A stretch of 64,000 bases of DNA from Auanema rhodensis (lineage: Eukaryota > Animalia > Nematoda): assembly GCA_964057225.1 (NCBI GenBank), contig OZ059896.1, positions 16,430,001 through 16,494,000 on the forward strand, given 5' to 3'. The stretch's first letter is position 1; each line of letters begins with the position of its first letter. Under the pieces are notes generated by a model. That model saw only the letters and a list, made by a program, of their open reading frames with translations, made no database searches and had not been told where the DNA came from. A program made the position numbers and the translations under genes. Below are positions 58,373 to 64,000 of the stretch, piece by piece.

Positions 58373-61300
58373 ATGAGGCAAGATTCTGAAAATAAAATGA
58401 AATGATTGTTGAATAGTATTTGATTAGATGTTTTTTTGGATATCATTTGGTGATATTTATCAAACTAGAGTAGGTGAGTTTGCGGCAAATGGAAAGAAAT
58501 TTAGGATATTTTCATCTGGTTGAACACAATTCTCATTAGAAATCTTCGAAAGCCATTAAGAGAAATCCAGAATACATTCTTCATCAAGAATTATACAGAC
58601 GTAGCTATGTTTCAAAACTTTCAACATATAAATGAATTCATGAAAGGAGATTCATCAACTTTTTTTCATTCGGGTTTGTTTCAACCAGATCAGTCAGAAA
58701 TTCCAAATGGGCCTTTCGTGGCATTGTTTTAATTTTAATTGAGTAGTTAAAAAAGTGAATTATATAAAACTTACTTGGCAGATTTTTCCAGAATTTCTGG
58801 AGTCGTCATGGTGCGCGACTGCACCATGTTGACCCGAATCAACAGCTGCAAAAAAAAGAATTGAAAAACTTGATACATAAAGAAAACGAATAGAAAGAAA
58901 AAATTCGAAACTATCGGAGAAACCGCAAATATGTAGATCACCGGACAAGTGAATGATAAATTAGTTTCAAATAGAAGCTAAATTTTAATAAATAAAAATT
59001 AGAAAGTGGTGGAGAAGTTGAATGGTATTACAGGAAGTAAGACTTTGGTTCAAAGTATACATAATTGGTGAAACCAGCTTCTCATCTGATGTATAAGTTG
59101 TATGATTTGAGAATTATGATAAGGAAAATTGAATTTGAGATTCATATAGATTAAGCAAATGGTTCTCAAAAAATTTAAACAGATAATCTGGACAAAAATC
59201 TGAATGATGCTGATGTTGGAATAATGCGATTGAAGTATCAGATGACGAACGCTATTGGAATGGATGGCTAGCCCGGACACATCAGACGGTATCTGGCCAG
59301 AAATTGCTGAATTAAAGCTTAACTATGCCAGTATATGAAACATACAATGAAAAGGAAACAGTAATAATTGATCAAAACCGAATAGTGCCTGTATATAGTG
59401 AATAGGTCGAATGCACGGCGGGTCGGGGTCATAAAGAGAAAGATTTAGTAGGTGCCTTCATCGAAAGTGAAGTCAGAACAAGAGTAAAGTGGGATATTAG
59501 ATGTTCAGGTGGATGATGAGGGGGTAGATGATAGCACTGAAATCGAAGGTGAAAGAAGTAAAGGAAAAATAGAAGGAGAGCGAGGCAAGTAGATTAATAA
59601 GAAGTGTATTGGTTGTAGAGAGAGAGGAAGAGAAAATAAATTGCGAGAGCTGAAAAATAGATGGTAGTGGTGGTGGTGTCGGTTTGATGACCACACTTTC
59701 GATTTATAAATTGGGGACAATACTTCGACGATGAACGACGACGACGACGATGACAACGACAACGATGAAGAAGACAAGAAAGTTGCTGGAGATTCGAGAG
59801 AAGTCATAAGGATAAAGAACATTCAAAAACTCATGGATATACACGAAGAGATTTGTCGAAGAGGCAAAGAACAGTATTCTTCTATCATGAATTTGTTCGG
59901 TTAATCAGTACTGATTCCGTATTCCGAAAAAAAAGGAAAACTGATACTATTGATAGATGCATTGATAGAAAGTATGGTTTTGGTTTGCGTGATGTTAAAC
60001 ACTGATGAATCGATGTTCCAATTTTCCAAATAAATACATATATTTCTTTTAAGAAATATATAATATATATACTATATACTATGCGAATTATATGTATAAA
60101 ATAAAAGGATGTCAGTCATTTTAGCGTAAATAATTGAAGAATGAAATCTCATACTTAAGCTCGCATCCCAATTCACTGTCATTATCCACAGTCTTTTTTT
60201 AACCTTTCTAGTTAACCATGCAAAAATTAAAAAACAGGTAATTCAACCGTCGTTCATGTTGAATTGCTGTAGCTTTTGCTATAGCTTTTGATCTTTGTTA
60301 TTACTCTCATAACGCCTTCCTACTGGCTAGTTTTCACTGCTAGTTCTTCAATGTTTTCATCATAGATGTGGTGAGGTGATACAGAAAAACGAGACAATAT
60401 GAAAATAAAAAACGTTATGTACATCTAGTGGTAATATAACAAGCCCAACTACAACATCAACGATGGAGAAGATCACAGAGGACATGGCCGGATAAAGTGG
60501 GACACTCTCAGACGGTCTTGAAGGGGGGGCTGGGCTATTCATGTATTGTAAGAAGAACAGGAGGTCACGTCGCTTATACATAGAAGAAACAATTTAAGTT
60601 TAATCTGAACTATCATTGCGTTTTGAATAACAACTTCTAATGGACCATATGAAATAGCACAAACCTTTTTTTTAATTTCTCTCTCCTCCCTTCTCTCTCT
60701 CTCAAATCACCTCTATTGTTCTTTTCTATCTGTGATCACCAGGTAAACGACAACAAGCAGTCGAATGACCAGAATAGAAAATGCAATGAAACAGATAAAA
60801 AACAGTGGATGTTATTTTCCCCGTGTTAGATACAGTTGCTGTTCCAAGCAAAAACTTTACAGATTAGGCACCAATGCTATTGGACGAAAAGAATGGCCAG
60901 GCAATAAATTGACAGCTGTATGTAATGGCTTTTACCTATTTAACCATTTGCAGATAGGACAACAAAAGGTCTCTTCAGTTCCCGTTGATCAGAAAAAGGA
61001 AACTTGTCCTGATCGAAATGTTCAAGTTACATCTATAGTTTTGTAGTTTTAATCAATAGAATAAAAAAAGCTTTAGATTGAAAGCGAACATATGGAAAGT
61101 GAATAATTTACATTCTTGCTGGTCATAGTCAACGATATGATCTTCATATACTTTTTCCTCGTCTTCTTCTTGGTCGTCCTATGTTTCTACGTTTTAGTCT
61201 TCTTCTTCTTCGTCGTCGTCTTCTTTCTATTTGACACAGTCACCGGTTTTTATCATTATACGATGTGCATATTCTTTCCGATGTTCAAATCCATCCGAAA

Positions 61301-64000
61301 GAAGGATGATTCTGATGTTGAATGATGTTGGAATCAAGAGAAAGTTATATGAATTAAATAAAGCGGAGATGTTAATATCATTGGTTACATTCTCAATTAG
61401 GCAAAATTCACTTTGTAAAAGATGGAAATAGGCTAGCATACATGACTTCGTCTGTTTCATCAGAAAGAATACTTTGCCCGACTGTAAACATCGTGAACAG
61501 ATATTGCAAGAGTTAGGAAGAGTGGGGACATGACTGATAGATATGGTCAAGGGAGGTAAAGAGAATAATAATCCTCTTAGTACAATATAGTTAAAAACGG
61601 TCAGTATTTCTAGAACTACGTATTTGGCAGTAAAAATGAACTAAAAAGTGTTTCAGATCATGATTCGGGAAGTGAAGATGTAAAAAATCGGAACGGAATC
61701 AACTATAGACGAATATTCTTTAGCCATAAATGGAACATAACATAAGCTGCGCAAGAATTCTAAGCAGGTTATAAGATGAGAAAGTAACACGAAAAAACTG
61801 AAAGAGTGGACAAACAATATGAGAGTATCCAGGAATATCGTCTGGAGACTGAATAGTCCGACTTGCTGGCGAAAAAAAATGATAATGTTGACGTTGAAGT
61901 TGACAGAGTTGAAGAAAAAGAAGAAAAATATGATTAAGCTGATGATAATGATGTGGATCAGATGTTGATAACCACTAACAAGCCTTACTTGCTTTTATTT
62001 CTCCGTCAACTATCAAGATAGTAGATAGAGAGCGATTAAGGAGCTGATGGATGAAAGAAAAAAGTCTCTTTACAACTGGTAATCATCATATGGCTATCGG
62101 ATAGAAGCAGTATGACAGCCATATTTGTGGATAAAACCACGTGAGAGTAAGAAGTAATGGGTGAAATACAAAGCAAGATAGATAGGATGATCAGCTATAC
62201 TGGGGTTAGAAATTTGATGGTTGTACCACAGAAGTAGACAGCGAGAAGGGGAAGGCGAAAATGAAAGGAGGAATAGAATTGTGAGAGGTGATAGAAGGCC
62301 AAAAAGAGAGGAAGTGAGAGATAAAGAGAGAGAAAGTGAGTGAAAGAAAGAGAGAAAGAGAGAGGGATCTGATGGGGAGAGATTGCTATGTATGAACAAC
62401 CGATAACAGGTTCTCGGTTCGTCGGTCCACTACCATCATCCAACACCCGTATATGGATAAATGAAAATTCTGAAGCTGGTCTTATCTTCTCTCTATTCAA
62501 CCACCTATACGTCTCTTCTTCTTTTACACTCTCTCTAGTTCAGATAATCATTAAATGCTACCTGCTTCACACCTAATTCATTAATATACATAGCAAAGGA
62601 CACAGATAAGATACTTCATGAGTGATACAGATAGTGATTGGAGATTAAATAGAAGATTGTGTAGTATTGAAAAGATGATCAGATGGTCATTGAAATCTAG
62701 AGTATTATGACCAACACAGAATTTGGTGAAGAAACAATGAACATCAACCGTCAGGCAAAGGCAATAACAGGAAAATATTATTAAACATTGAAATATCAAA
62801 AAGTGGAAGAGACTTGTTGAAAATAATAATCACCAACTGATCAGGTATAATATTCAATTATAGTTATCAAAAACATCGTTTATCATCCTGGAAAAATACA
62901 GTTTATCGACCTTGACTAACTATATTAAGAAGATATGCAACAGCAAAAACCTTGTGTACGTTGAAACACTAAGTCCAGTTTCATTTAAATTCCAACAACA
63001 TCAAAAACAGCTGAAATTTTTTTAAACAATCAGGCTCTGAACATTACGATCTTTAAGACCAAATATAATTGCATATAATTGACAAGATCAAATTCTTTTG
63101 GTGGAATACGTTTAGAAAATGATCTGGATGGAGAAGAAGACATTGTGGCGTTGGCCGTATGTGTGAATGTTAGAATATCCGATATTTGGATATCAAACAT
63201 CAAAAGTGTGAAAACTATGTAAGAAGCATTTGGAGAAATATGTGTTAAGGTAGAGCAACACATTTAATGGAAACTGCCGTGTGTTATATTGGGTTTCAGA
63301 ATGATTGGGTTGAACATCAATACCTACGAATTAATGCTGGATAACGTTTGATTGAATAGATAGAGGCCAACAGTTATTTCGATTAGCCTTCGCACTGAGA
63401 ATGTGAAAAAAGAAGCAGAGCTGAGAATGAGAATATGTGATGATTCCAGGAAAAATGAAGACGATATGAAAGAAAAGAATAAGAAAAGACGGAGGAAAAG
63501 ATGCTAAGGTTCGACAGATATGGATTGAGGTCAAGAGAAATGGCCTCACATGTTTCACGAGGTAGTTCCATGAATACCGTCAAAGCAATCACATTAGTTT
63601 GAAACGGTAACTTCTTGTGGTTTTGACACATAAAAGGTAGAAATATCCCATATTTGGGAAACCAAATGAGTTGTGGTTTACTCTTCAAGCTTTAGTTAAA
63701 AACTCCAATGATGTACTGAAGCAAATGGATAAAACAAAACTTTACCTAGCCATGTCTGGAAATCACGCAAGCAGATAGAAACAAGAAGCCAATAAATGAA
63801 GAATTTAAGAACAAATATGGGCAGGAAATTGCGACAGGAAAGACAGGCTGAGATTGAGAAGATACGAAGGTATACATAAGAGGATTTCAAGCATAGTGGA
63901 ACAGGGAGGCTAGCAGGAGATGACGCGAAATCCGGCGTATAACCTGCTGAAAAGCTTTAAAAATCGTGTCTTTTTGGAATTCTATCCTTTGTACGTAGTT

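Noticed and set aside
59050-63890. Scattered ORFs and GAC/CTT triplet runs at the right end
   Set aside because: They are low-complexity, with no domain motifs or consistent exon chain. I treated the region as upstream non-coding DNA of acs-20, although a small unrecognised gene cannot be excluded.

Overview
This is AT-rich eukaryotic genomic DNA from a rhabditid (clade V-like) nematode, with short (~45-55 nt) introns, trans-splice-type acceptors just upstream of start codons, and operon-like gene spacing. Gene order: an NPY/NPF-type neuropeptide GPCR (+), efa-6 (-), ard-1 (-), swsn-4 (-), gtbp-1/G3BP (+), chtf-18 (+), spo-11 (+), let-653 (-), a five-PAN + ZP transmembrane cuticlin-like gene (-), ethe-1 (+) and acs-20/FATP (-). 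The most striking structure is the inferred 4.3-kb first intron of the GPCR. It holds two identical U5 snRNA copies flanking a solitary antisense 5S rRNA gene, followed by an antisense tandem pair of LRAT/PLAAT (permuted NlpC/P60) genes. One of the pair has an intact His/His/NCEHF active site. The other is an apparent pseudoenzyme with an N-myristoylation motif, at operon-like spacing. Other notable items are a U3 snoRNA gene with its own upstream motif inside an acs-20 intron, a 2,709-nt frame-symmetric mucin exon in let-653, spo-11 as the third gene of a probable gtbp-1/chtf-18 operon, and frequent AAG 3' splice sites. Gene models were spliced by eye. Orthology calls rest on remembered C. 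elegans sequences and family motifs, not on database searches.
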